From contig JAFEEH010000195.1 in the NCBI GenBank assembly GCA_018241185.1, forward strand, positions 19,308 to 83,307: 64,000 bases of DNA, given 5' to 3'. Every line of letters begins with the position of its first letter. Positions within the stretch are counted from its first letter, which is position 1. This DNA is from Pseudomonadota bacterium (GTDB lineage Bacteria > Pseudomonadota > Gammaproteobacteria > Burkholderiales > Burkholderiaceae_C). The notes beneath the pieces are model-generated. The model was not told the DNA's origin and did no database searches. It saw only the letters and a program-made list of their open reading frames with translations. The position numbers were made by a program, and so were the translations under genes. Shown in pieces: positions 9,364-17,986 of this stretch.

Positions 9364-9435
9364 GAGATCGTCACGTTCGTTACCAATTTTTGCGCAGCGC
9401 CCGCCCCGCGGGCGCTAGCGGCCGATTGCACTTTG
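9364..9435 (-). repeat. 72-bp dispersed repeat, family A copy 1
   Basis: Reverse complement reads CAAAGTGCAATCGG...GGCGGGCGCTGCG...GTGACGATCTC; gap-free alignment to three other copies. Confidence 0.9.
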
Positions 9436-9466
9436 GAAGTCTTGACCCTTTTCTGAACCGCCGCCC

Positions 9467-10639
9467 ATGCCCGAATCGACCCCCGCCCTGCTGCGTGCCC
9501 GCTGGTACGACGGCCGCAGCAGCCAGCCGCAGCCGGTCCTGGTGGGCCTGGAGCCCGGCGCGCGCGGGCCCGGCCTGCGGCTGCACCCGCTCATGCCCGG
9601 CACGGCCGTGCCAGCGCCCTTCGCGCACGACGAGGTCGAGTGGCCCGAGGCCTGGCGACCCAGCCGCGCCCAGCGCACCGTGGTGGTCGACCTGCGCCAG
9701 GCCGGCAGCCTGGAAATCGACGACGGCGCGCAGTGGCATGCGGCGCTGGAGGCCGCGGGCGCACGCCCGGGCCTGGCCCAGCGCATGCAGACGCGCTGGC
9801 GCGTCTTCGCCGGCGTGCTGCTGGCGGCCGTGCTCGGGCTGGCCCTGTTCTACCGCTATGGCACGCCCTGGGCCGCGACCCAGCTCACCCGCTTCGTGCC
9901 GCTGGGCTGGGAGCAGTCGATCAGCCAGGAGGCGATGCGCGAGCTGGACGACGGCTTCCTGAAACCCAGCCGGCTGCCCGCCGAGCGCCAGGCCGCGCTG
10001 CGCGCGCGCTTCGACACGCTGGCCGCGCAACTCGGTACGGGTGAGGCGTCGTCGCTGCACCGCTACCGCGGTTACGCGCCGCGCTTCGCGCTCGCGTTCC
10101 GCTCCGGCATGCCGGCCAACGCCTTCGCGCTGCCCGGCGGCCAGGTCGTGGTGACCGACGCGCTGGTGAACGAAGCCACCAGGGCGGGCCTGTCGGACGA
10201 CGCCCTGGTCGGCGTGCTGGCGCACGAGATGGGCCATGTGGTGCACCGCCACGGCACGCGGCTGGTGGTCGAGCAGGGCGTGCTCAACGTCGGGCTGGGG
10301 CTGGCGCTGGGGGACGTGTCGAACCTGGTGTCGATGGCGAGCACGGTGCTCACGGGCCTGGCCTACCGCCGCAACCACGAGCGCGAGGCCGACTGCTTCG
10401 CCGCCCGGCTGATGCAGCGCGCCGGGCTGCCGGTCGCGCCGATGGCCGACCTGCTGATGCACATCGACGGCCCCCCAACCGGCGGCAAGGACACTGCCCC
10501 CGCATCGAAGGACGGTGCCGCACCGCAGAACGCCGACAGCGCCCGCACCCGCACGGCGGCCGACTGGCTCAGCAGCCACCCGGACACCGCCGCCCGTGCC
10601 CAGGCGCTGAAGGAGGGCCGCGGCTGCGCCAGACCCTGA
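9467..10639 (+). CDS. M48-family (Ste24/HtpX-like) zinc metallopeptidase
   Basis: NAFALPGG, HEMGH, HEREAD, LSSHP motifs. Confidence 0.92.
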   Translation: MPESTPALLRARWYDGRSSQPQPVLVGLEPGARGPGLRLHPLMPGTAVPAPFAHDEVEWPEAWRPSRAQRTVVVDLRQAGSLEIDDGAQWHAALEAAGARPGLAQRMQTRWRVFAGVLLAAVLGLALFYRYGTPWAATQLTRFVPLGWEQSISQEAMRELDDGFLKPSRLPAERQAALRARFDTLAAQLGTGEASSLHRYRGYAPRFALAFRSGMPANAFALPGGQVVVTDALVNEATRAGLSDDALVGVLAHEMGHVVHRHGTRLVVEQGVLNVGLGLALGDVSNLVSMASTVLTGLAYRRNHEREADCFAARLMQRAGLPVAPMADLLMHIDGPPTGGKDTAPASKDGAAPQNADSARTRTAADWLSSHPDTAARAQALKEGRGCARP

Positions 10640-10687
10640 CCTTGCCCTGACACGCGGCCGTTCCGGCGCGTGCGGAATAATGCACGG

Positions 10688-12403
10688 ATGGTCCGACCCA
10701 CCCAGCAGCTGCATGCCGTGCGCGAGCCCGTGCCCGTGCGGCCGGCCGCCACCGTGCTGCTGCTGCGCGACAGCGCGCAGGGCGTGGAGGTGCTGATGAC
10801 CCGGCGCTCCGACTACGCGAGCTTCGCGCCGGGCGCCTACGTCTTTCCCGGCGGCCGCGTGGATGCGGCCGACAGCGAGGCGCGCCGCATCGCCCTGCGC
10901 CGCCGCACCCAGAGCCGCGCCCAGCTCGACTACGCCGTCGCCGCGGTGCGCGAAAGCTTCGAGGAACTGGGCGTGCTGCTGGCCGAGCATGCCGACGGGC
11001 GCCCCGTCTCGGCCGCCGAAGTCGCTGCCATGGACCGGCACGCCACGGCCGACGGCGCCTTCCAGGCCCAGTGCACGGCGCGCGGCCTGCGGCTGGCGAC
11101 CGACCGGCTCTTCACGTTCTGCCACTGGGTGACCGACCGCGACCTGCCCAAGCGCTTCGATGTGCTGTTCCTGGTCGCCCGCATGCCCGAAGGGCAGCAG
11201 CCCGTCGCCGACGAGACCGAGCAGTTCGAACCCTGCTGGGTCCGCCCGGCGCAGGCGCTCGAACGCCACGAGGCGGGCAGCTTCTCGATGATCTTCCCGA
11301 CCATCCGCACCCTGCGGCGGCTGGCCGCCTTCGAGACCGTCGACACCGTGCTGGCCGCCTGCGCGCGCGAGAAGCCGCTGTGGAGCAGCTGCCCGCGCGG
11401 CGGCTTCCTCGCCGGCAAGGAAGAGCGCTACATGGAGCACGAGGCCCCGTATGGCGAACTGGCGCTGACCTGCCCCGACGGCCAGATGCTGCACGCGCTC
11501 GACTGGCAGACCGAGCACCCCGTGCCGCTGCTGCGCAACGTGATGCGCCTGACGGCCCCCAACCCCAGCGCCATGACCGGTCCGGGCACCAACAGCTACA
11601 TCGTGGGCGACGCCGACAGCGGCTACGTCATCATCGACCCCGGACCGAACGACTTCGACCACGTCGGCCGGCTCTGGCGCGCCACCAACGGCAACATCCG
11701 CGCCATCGTCTGCACCCATTCGCATGCCGACCACGCGCCCGGCGCGATGCCGCTGCAGGCGCTGTGCAAGGACACCAACCCGCCGATCCTGGGCCTGCCT
11801 TCGGCGCCCACGGCGCGCTCGTCGTCGCGCTTCAGCCCCGACCGCGCGCTGCACCACCTCGAACGGCTCGAACTCAACGGCCGCCTGCTGGAAGACGGCT
11901 CCGGCCGGCGCGTGACGCACACGCTGCGCGTCATCCACACGCCGGGGCACGCCGCCAACCACCTGTGCCTGGTGCTGGAGGAAGACGGCCTGCTCTTCTC
12001 GGGCGACCACATCCTCAATGGCAGCACCACGGTGATCGACCCGCCCGACGGCAACATGACCGAGTACCTCGACTCGCTGGACGTGCTCGACGAGGCCTGC
12101 ATCGAACTGCGGGCCGATTTCATCCTGCCCGCGCACGGCCACGTGCTGGGCTTCGCGCGCGGCGCCATCGCCAAGCTGAAGTCCCACCGGCTGCAGCGCG
12201 AAGCCAAGATCGCGTCGGCGATGCGCCGCGTGCCGTTGGGCACCATCGACGACTGGCTGCCCATCGCGTATGCGGACACGCCCAAGCACCTGTGGCCGGT
12301 GGCGGCGCGCTCGCTGCAGGCACATGTGGAGCGCATCCGCGAACTCGCCTCGCAGCCGGCCGTGCTGCCCTCGCAGCCGGCGACGCTGCCGACCCGCCTG
12401 TGA
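10688..12403 (+). CDS. NUDIX hydrolase / metallo-beta-lactamase-fold fusion protein
   Basis: Interrupted Nudix box FPGGRVD...AAVRESFEELG; MBL motifs THSHADH, HTPGH, SGDH, PAHG; C-terminal winged-helix-like tail. Confidence 0.9.
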   Translation: MVRPTQQLHAVREPVPVRPAATVLLLRDSAQGVEVLMTRRSDYASFAPGAYVFPGGRVDAADSEARRIALRRRTQSRAQLDYAVAAVRESFEELGVLLAEHADGRPVSAAEVAAMDRHATADGAFQAQCTARGLRLATDRLFTFCHWVTDRDLPKRFDVLFLVARMPEGQQPVADETEQFEPCWVRPAQALERHEAGSFSMIFPTIRTLRRLAAFETVDTVLAACAREKPLWSSCPRGGFLAGKEERYMEHEAPYGELALTCPDGQMLHALDWQTEHPVPLLRNVMRLTAPNPSAMTGPGTNSYIVGDADSGYVIIDPGPNDFDHVGRLWRATNGNIRAIVCTHSHADHAPGAMPLQALCKDTNPPILGLPSAPTARSSSRFSPDRALHHLERLELNGRLLEDGSGRRVTHTLRVIHTPGHAANHLCLVLEEDGLLFSGDHILNGSTTVIDPPDGNMTEYLDSLDVLDEACIELRADFILPAHGHVLGFARGAIAKLKSHRLQREAKIASAMRRVPLGTIDDWLPIAYADTPKHLWPVAARSLQAHVERIRELASQPAVLPSQPATLPTRL

Positions 12404-13113
12404 GCGCCGACGACGACGCGGCCCACCCCGGCGAGCGCCTGTCCAAGCGCGTCGCCGCGCAGCTGTCGTGCTCGCGCCGCGAGGCGGAACAGCTCATCGC
12501 CCAGGGCGCCGTCACCGTCGACGGGCTGGCCGCCACGCTGCCGCAGCAACGCGTGGGGACCGAACAGCGCGTGGCAGTGGCGGTCGGCGCGCGTCCGCAG
12601 GCGCTGCCCCCGGCCACACTGGTGGTGCACAAGCCGGCCGGGCTGGCCTGCGACGCCGCCGGCTTCTGGGCCCAGTTGCGGCGCGACGCCGACGATGCGC
12701 TGCACGGCCGCCCCGCACTGCCCGGCCTGTTCATGGGCCAGCGCTGCGTCGCGCCGCTGGCGCCGAACGAAAGCGGCCTGGTCGTCTTCACCCAGGTGCC
12801 CGGCGTGGCGCGGCGGCTGCTGGACGACGCGCCGCTGGTGGAGCACGAGTTCTCCATCGACGTGCCCGGCGCCGTCGACCCCGCGCAGCTGCAGCGCCTG
12901 CGCCCCGCACGCGCCAGCATCAACCGCCAGAGCCCCGAGCGCACGGGCCTGCGCGTGGTGATGCACGGACCCGAGCCGGGCCAGGTCGGCGCGCTGTGCG
13001 CCGCCGCCGGCCTCGCCGCCGAGTCGCTCAGGCGCCTGCGCATCGGCCGCCTGCCGCTGGCGGGGCTCGCGGCCGGGCACTGGCGCTGTTTGCGGGTGCA
13101 GGAGCGCTTCTGA
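12400..13113 (+). CDS. S4 + RsuA/RluF-like pseudouridine synthase homolog lacking the catalytic motif
   Basis: S4 domain RLSKRVA...SRREAEQLI; HKPAG; LRRLRIG; motif II reads APLA instead of GRLD; GTG start overlaps upstream TGA. Confidence 0.8.
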   Translation: MSADDDAAHPGERLSKRVAAQLSCSRREAEQLIAQGAVTVDGLAATLPQQRVGTEQRVAVAVGARPQALPPATLVVHKPAGLACDAAGFWAQLRRDADDALHGRPALPGLFMGQRCVAPLAPNESGLVVFTQVPGVARRLLDDAPLVEHEFSIDVPGAVDPAQLQRLRPARASINRQSPERTGLRVVMHGPEPGQVGALCAAAGLAAESLRRLRIGRLPLAGLAAGHWRCLRVQERF

Positions 13114-13128
13114 TGTCCCGCGCAATCG

Positions 13129-13200
13129 AAAAGTGCAATCGGGCTGCAGCGCCCGGCTGGCGGGCGTTGCGGGCAAACTCGTCACAAGTGTGACGATCTC
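13129..13200 (+). repeat. Family A repeat copy 2
   Basis: AAAAGTGCAATCGGGCTGCAGCGCCCG...GTCACAAGTGTGACGATCTC. Confidence 0.9.
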
Positions 13201-13219
13201 GCAGGGTGGCCGGGCCCGG

Positions 13220-14131
13220 CTAGCCGGCGGCGTCGTTTCGCTGGCGTAGAAAGTCGACGAAAGCCCGCAGCGGTGCCGGCAGGAGCTTTCGGCCGGGGAA
13301 GTACAGAAAGGGGCCCGGGAAGCTCGGCCACCAGGGCAGCAGCACCGATTCGAGCGCGCCGCTGTCCAGGTGGGGCCGCAGCCAGTCCTCGAACATGTAG
13401 ACCACGCCCGCGCCGGCGACGGCGGCATCGACCGCCAGGTCGGCGGCAGCGCCCAGCCGCACCACCATGCGCGCCACCGGGTCCACCCGGAGCGATTCGC
13501 CGTCGCGCTCGAACTCCCACGGCGGCATGACGCCGCTGGCGAAGCGGCCGCGCAGGCACGCATGGTGCAGCAGGTCGCGGGGATGACTAGGGCGCCCGCA
13601 GCGGTCCAGGTAGGCCGGCGATGCGGCGGCGGCGAAGCGCTGCGTGCGCGGCCCGATGGGCACGGCCACCATGTCCTGCTCCAGCCGCTCGTCGTAGCGG
13701 ATGCCCGCATCGCAGCCGCTGGCCACGAGGTCGACGAACCCGTCCTCCGCGACGATGTCGAGCTGGATGTCGGGAAAGGCCCGCAGGAAGTCGGGCACCA
13801 GCGCCGGCAGCACCAGACGCGAGGCGCTCATCGGCACGTTCAGGCGCAGCGTGCCGGCGGGCGTGTCGCGGAAGCCGTTGACGACGTCCAGGGCCGCCGC
13901 CACCTCGCCCAATGCCGGACCGAGCCGCTCGAGCAGACGCTGGCCGGCCTCGGTCGGCACCACGCTGCGGGTGGTCCGGTGGAGCAGCCGCACGCCGAGT
14001 TGCGCTTCCAGCCGGCGCACGGCCTGGCTCAGCGCCGAGGCGCTGCCGCCGCTGGCGCGCGCGCCCTCACGAAACCCTCTGGCGCCGGCCACCGCCAAAA
14101 AGGCATTCAGATCACCGAGATCAGCGTTCAT
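13220..14131 (-). CDS. LysR-family regulator (CrgA-like)
   Basis: SALSQAVRRLEAQLGVRLLHRTTRSV.PTEAG. Confidence 0.92.
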   Translation of the reverse strand: MNADLGDLNAFLAVAGARGFREGARASGGSASALSQAVRRLEAQLGVRLLHRTTRSVVPTEAGQRLLERLGPALGEVAAALDVVNGFRDTPAGTLRLNVPMSASRLVLPALVPDFLRAFPDIQLDIVAEDGFVDLVASGCDAGIRYDERLEQDMVAVPIGPRTQRFAAAASPAYLDRCGRPSHPRDLLHHACLRGRFASGVMPPWEFERDGESLRVDPVARMVVRLGAAADLAVDAAVAGAGVVYMFEDWLRPHLDSGALESVLLPWWPSFPGPFLYFPGRKLLPAPLRAFVDFLRQRNDAAG

Positions 14132-14144
14132 TGTTTTGATTTCC

Positions 14145-14166
14145 GCACAACCCGTGCCGATTGTGC
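14145..14166. promoter_or_regulatory. Candidate operator between divergent LysR and AKR genes
   Basis: Inverted repeat GCACAA-N10-TTGTGC. Confidence 0.4.
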
Positions 14167-14231
14167 TGACTTATCACCCGATCCTCCGCTTCCTAGACTG
14201 AACCGCATCCCATCGACAAGAGGTTCAAAAC

Positions 14232-15116
14232 ATGACAAGCACCACCACGGCATCCGCCGACGCCCACACTTTCGTCCTGGGGCACCGCCCTGTCCGCCGC
14301 CTGGGCTACGGCGCCATGCAACTGGCCGGCTCGGGCGTCTTCGGGCCGCCACGAGACCGCGAGGCCGCCCTGGCGGTGCTGCGGGCGGCTGTCGAAGCCG
14401 GCGTGAACCACATCGACACCAGCGACTTCTACGGGCCGCACATCACGAACCAGCTGATCCGGGAGGCATTGCATCCCTATGCCGAGGATCTGGTGATCGT
14501 GACCAAGGTCGGCGCGGTGCGTGGCCCGGATGCGTCCTGGAACCCGGCCTTCTCGGCACCGCAGCTGCGGCAGGCGGTGCACGACAACCTGCGCCACCTG
14601 GGCCTGGACCAGCTGGAGGTGGTCAACCTCCGAGCGATGTTCGACGTGCACGGCCCGGCCGAGGGCCCGCTGGAAGAGCCGCTCACCGCCCTGGCCGAAC
14701 TGCAGCAGCAAGGCCTGATCCGACACATCGGGCTGAGCAACGTCACGGCCCGGCAGGTTGCCGACGGCCAGCGCATCTGCCGCATCGCGTGCGTGCAGAA
14801 CCAGTACAACCTGGTCCACCGGAACGACGACGGCCTGATCGACGCGCTCGCGCGCGACGGCGTGCCGTACGTCCCCTTCTTTCCACTGGGCGGCTTTTCG
14901 CCGCTGCAGTCGGCCGCGCTGTCCGGGGTGGCCAGCCAGCTGGGTGCCACGCCGATGCAGGTCGCCCTGGCCTGGCTGCTGCGACGCGCCCCCAACATCC
15001 TGCTGATTCCGGGGACCTCGTCGGTCGCGCACCTGCGGGACAACCTGGCAGCGGCCAGTCTGGCCCTGCCGGACGACGCGATGGACGCGCTGCAGCAGAT
15101 GACCGCAACCGCGTAA
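14232..15116 (+). CDS. Aldo/keto reductase-family oxidoreductase
   Basis: RLGYGAMQL, IDTSDFYG, IGLSN, QNQYNL, LIPGTSSVAHL. Confidence 0.92.
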   Translation: MTSTTTASADAHTFVLGHRPVRRLGYGAMQLAGSGVFGPPRDREAALAVLRAAVEAGVNHIDTSDFYGPHITNQLIREALHPYAEDLVIVTKVGAVRGPDASWNPAFSAPQLRQAVHDNLRHLGLDQLEVVNLRAMFDVHGPAEGPLEEPLTALAELQQQGLIRHIGLSNVTARQVADGQRICRIACVQNQYNLVHRNDDGLIDALARDGVPYVPFFPLGGFSPLQSAALSGVASQLGATPMQVALAWLLRRAPNILLIPGTSSVAHLRDNLAAASLALPDDAMDALQQMTATA

Positions 15117-15164
15117 TCCGCAGCCTCGGCCGCCCGCAAGCGCCGCGGCTGCGCCCTCCTGCGA

Positions 15165-16133
15165 CTACTGCTGCGGCACCTTGGCCACGGTCACCAGGTC
15201 GGCCACGAGCTTCTGGTCGGCCGCCAGCTTTGCGCGGAAGGCATCGCCGGCCATGAAGGCGGGCGTGATGCCCGACTGCATCAGCTTGCTCGCCACGTCC
15301 GGCTGCGCCAGCGCCTGTTGCAGGGTCGTGGCGATCTTTTGCACGATGTCGTTCGGCGTCCCGGCCGGCGCGAACACGCCGAGCCAGGCTGGAAAGTCCA
15401 GGCCCGGAAAGCCAGCCTCGTCGGCGGTGGGCACGCCCGGCAGCAGCGGGGTGCGCTCCGGCGTCAGCACGGCCAGCGCCTTGAGCTTGCCGGCGCGCAC
15501 CTGGGGCGCGGCGTTGGAGATCGAATCGAACATGGCCTGCACCTGTCCGCCCAGCAGGTCGGTGGACGCGGGCACCGCGCCCTTGTACGGCACGTGCAGC
15601 AACTGCGTGCCGGTCTTGTGCGCGAACAGCTCGCCGGACAGATGCAGGATCGTGCCCGGGCCGGACGAGGCGTAGCTCACCTTGCCCGGGTTGGCCTTCG
15701 CGTACTGCACGAACTCGGCCAGCGTGTTCACGGGCACCGACGGGTGGACCACGATCACGGTCGGGCCGTAGCCGATCATGGCGACCGGCACGAAATCCTT
15801 GGTCGCGTCGTAAGGCAGCTGCCGGCGCAGGGCCGGCGCGATGACGTGGGTGGACGAGGACGTGACCAGCAGCGTGTAGCCGTCGGCTGGCGCGCGTGCC
15901 ACTTCGCCGGCGCCGATGGTGCCGCCGGCGCCCGCCTTGTAGTCCACGATGACGGACTGCTTCAGGCCGCCCTCGAGGGCCAGCGCCACGCTGCGCGAGA
16001 CCACGTCGACGGGCGATCCCGGCGGGAAGGGATTGATGATCCGGATCGTGCGCGCAGGCCAGGCCTGGGCGTGGACGGCGAGCGGCGCCAGGCCCAGCGC
16101 AAGCAGGGCGGCGGTGGCGGAACGGCGATGCAT
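15165..16133 (-). CDS. Bug/TctC tripartite tricarboxylate transporter substrate-binding protein
   Basis: Signal peptide; PFPPGSPVD, GAGGTIG, PADGYTLL, HVPYKG. Confidence 0.93.
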   Translation of the reverse strand: MHRRSATAALLALGLAPLAVHAQAWPARTIRIINPFPPGSPVDVVSRSVALALEGGLKQSVIVDYKAGAGGTIGAGEVARAPADGYTLLVTSSSTHVIAPALRRQLPYDATKDFVPVAMIGYGPTVIVVHPSVPVNTLAEFVQYAKANPGKVSYASSGPGTILHLSGELFAHKTGTQLLHVPYKGAVPASTDLLGGQVQAMFDSISNAAPQVRAGKLKALAVLTPERTPLLPGVPTADEAGFPGLDFPAWLGVFAPAGTPNDIVQKIATTLQQALAQPDVASKLMQSGITPAFMAGDAFRAKLAADQKLVADLVTVAKVPQQ

Positions 16134-16165
16134 GTTTTTTGTCTCCTTGAGGTCCAGGGGTCCGC

Positions 16166-17164
16166 TCAGACGTCCAGCAGGATGCGGCCACCGCGCGTGA
16201 GCGTCTGGTTGTCGACGGAAATCTCGGGGTGGCGGATCACGCCTTCGAGGCGCAACTTGGCGTGGCAGGTGCCGCCCAGCACCATGGTGTCGCCCACGCC
16301 GATGTGCGAGGTGGCGTACATCTTCTTGTCGGTGCGCATCGACCCGGTGGGCGTGACGTTCTTGTTCAGGCCGATCGACACCTCGGCGGGGCAGTTGTAG
16401 CTCGCCGCGTCGTTCGCCTGCTCCAGGATCTTGCGCCAGGCCTGCGCCTGGGCGCCGCCCTCGATGTCGGTCACCACGCCCTTTTTGATCGTCAGGACGA
16501 TCGGCTCCTTGAGCGAGCCCACCGAATGCGCCGTGAGGTCGAACACCACGCGGCCCTCGCCCGTCCCCTCGACCGGGCAGACGTGCGCCTCGCCGTCGGG
16601 AAAGGCGCAGCCGCCGCCCTTGCCGGGGTGCAGCGCCAGCGGCATGCCGGCGATCGAGCGCCCGGGGCGCCCCACGATGCTGGCGGTGAGGTCGGTGCCG
16701 TTGGGGCAGGTCACGCGGACCTGGCTGCCTTCGGTGTAGACCTGGGCGATCTTCAGGCCGAGCCGGTTCATGGCCTCGTAGTCGGCCCAGGCCGGACCGC
16801 CGGGCGCGAGCATGGCCACGGTGAGCTCTTCCATCAGGATGAACTTCTTGCCGGCTTCGACCAGGTCGTCGGTGATGCGCGCATGCGCCATCGCCGTGCT
16901 GGTGAGATAGACCACGAGCCCGACCTCGGGATCGTGCGCCGCATGGACCACGGGGCTGGCCGGGTTGGCTGCATGGTGCGCGCGCGGCGTCATCACGGTG
17001 ACCACCGGCTCCATGTCCAGGCAGTTGGCCGCGGTGGCCAGGCCTTGCCACAGCAAAGGGTCCATGCCGGTGTCGGTGATGATGAGCACCTTGTCGCCAG
17101 CCCGGGCGTTGAGCTTCAGCGGTGTCTGGAACACCTTGGCGATTTCGATCAGCTTTTGTGACAT
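16166..17164 (-). CDS. Aminopeptidase T (M29)/NicX-fold protein with atypical active site
   Basis: KVLIITD, GTDLTAS, FPDGEAHVCP..GEG, AEVSIGLN, SHIGVG, PEISVD pattern of COG2309. Confidence 0.75.
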   Translation of the reverse strand: MSQKLIEIAKVFQTPLKLNARAGDKVLIITDTGMDPLLWQGLATAANCLDMEPVVTVMTPRAHHAANPASPVVHAAHDPEVGLVVYLTSTAMAHARITDDLVEAGKKFILMEELTVAMLAPGGPAWADYEAMNRLGLKIAQVYTEGSQVRVTCPNGTDLTASIVGRPGRSIAGMPLALHPGKGGGCAFPDGEAHVCPVEGTGEGRVVFDLTAHSVGSLKEPIVLTIKKGVVTDIEGGAQAQAWRKILEQANDAASYNCPAEVSIGLNKNVTPTGSMRTDKKMYATSHIGVGDTMVLGGTCHAKLRLEGVIRHPEISVDNQTLTRGGRILLDV

Positions 17165-17185
17165 GCGAGGCTTCGGTAGGAGGAA

Positions 17186-17986
17186 TCAGGTGCGGTCGCG
17201 CGTGCGGTCGTACTCGTCGCGCGGCCCGGTGGCGCCCACATGCAACCCGCTGTCGATGATCACGTGGGTGCCGGTGCAGGCGTTGCTCATGGCGGAGCAG
17301 AAGAACAGGATCGGCGCCGCCACTTCCTCGGGCTGCACCCAGCGGCCGAGGGGCAGTTCGCGCGGCACGCGCTCGAGCGTCTCGGCGCTGATCTTGGCTT
17401 TCATCTGCGGCGTGAGCACCGGCCCCGGCAGCACCGCATTCACGCGGATGTTGTCGCGCCCGAGTTCGTAGGCGGCGTGGCGGGTCAGGCCCAGCACGCC
17501 CGCCTTGGCGGCCGTATAGCTCACGCCGTTGTTCATGGACATGCGCAGGCCCGCGAGCGACCCCACGGTGACGATGGCACCGCCGCCGCGCCGGCGCAGC
17601 GCCGGTGCCGCGGACTTGATGGCGTTGAAGGGACCGGTGAGATTCAGGTCGACCACCGCGTGCCAGTCGTCGATGGACAAGGTCGACAGGGTCTGGCGGG
17701 TGCCGCCGCCTGCCACGCTGACCACGAAATCGATGCCATCGAACTCGCGCTCGGTGCGCTCCACTGCCAGGGCGAAGGCGTCGAAGTCGCGCACATCCAT
17801 GGCGCCGCCCAGTGCGCTGGCGCCCTCGCCCCGCAGACCGCTCGCGACGTGCTCGGCGCCCTCGCCATCACGATCGAACAGCGCGACCGCGACGCCCTGC
17901 TGCGCGAACATCCGCGCGGCGGCCGAGCCGATGCCGCCGGCCCCGCCGGTGATGAGGGCCACTTTGCCCTGGAGTCCGAAGTTCAT
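17186..17986 (-). CDS. Short-chain dehydrogenase/reductase
   Basis: TGGAGGIG, YTAAK, IRVNAVLPG; start ATG 17986. Confidence 0.92.
   Translation of the reverse strand: MNFGLQGKVALITGGAGGIGSAAARMFAQQGVAVALFDRDGEGAEHVASGLRGEGASALGGAMDVRDFDAFALAVERTEREFDGIDFVVSVAGGGTRQTLSTLSIDDWHAVVDLNLTGPFNAIKSAAPALRRRGGGAIVTVGSLAGLRMSMNNGVSYTAAKAGVLGLTRHAAYELGRDNIRVNAVLPGPVLTPQMKAKISAETLERVPRELPLGRWVQPEEVAAPILFFCSAMSNACTGTHVIIDSGLHVGATGPRDEYDRTRDRT

Noticed and set aside
7834-10639. YjgN-M48 pair as a novel system
   Set aside because: A widespread, commonly seen gene pair; only the variable loop and the inserted repeats were kept as findings.
13180-13205. CRP site within the family A tail (TGTGA...TCGCA)
   Set aside because: Half-site spacing is 5 nt rather than 6, and the second half is not conserved in all copies.
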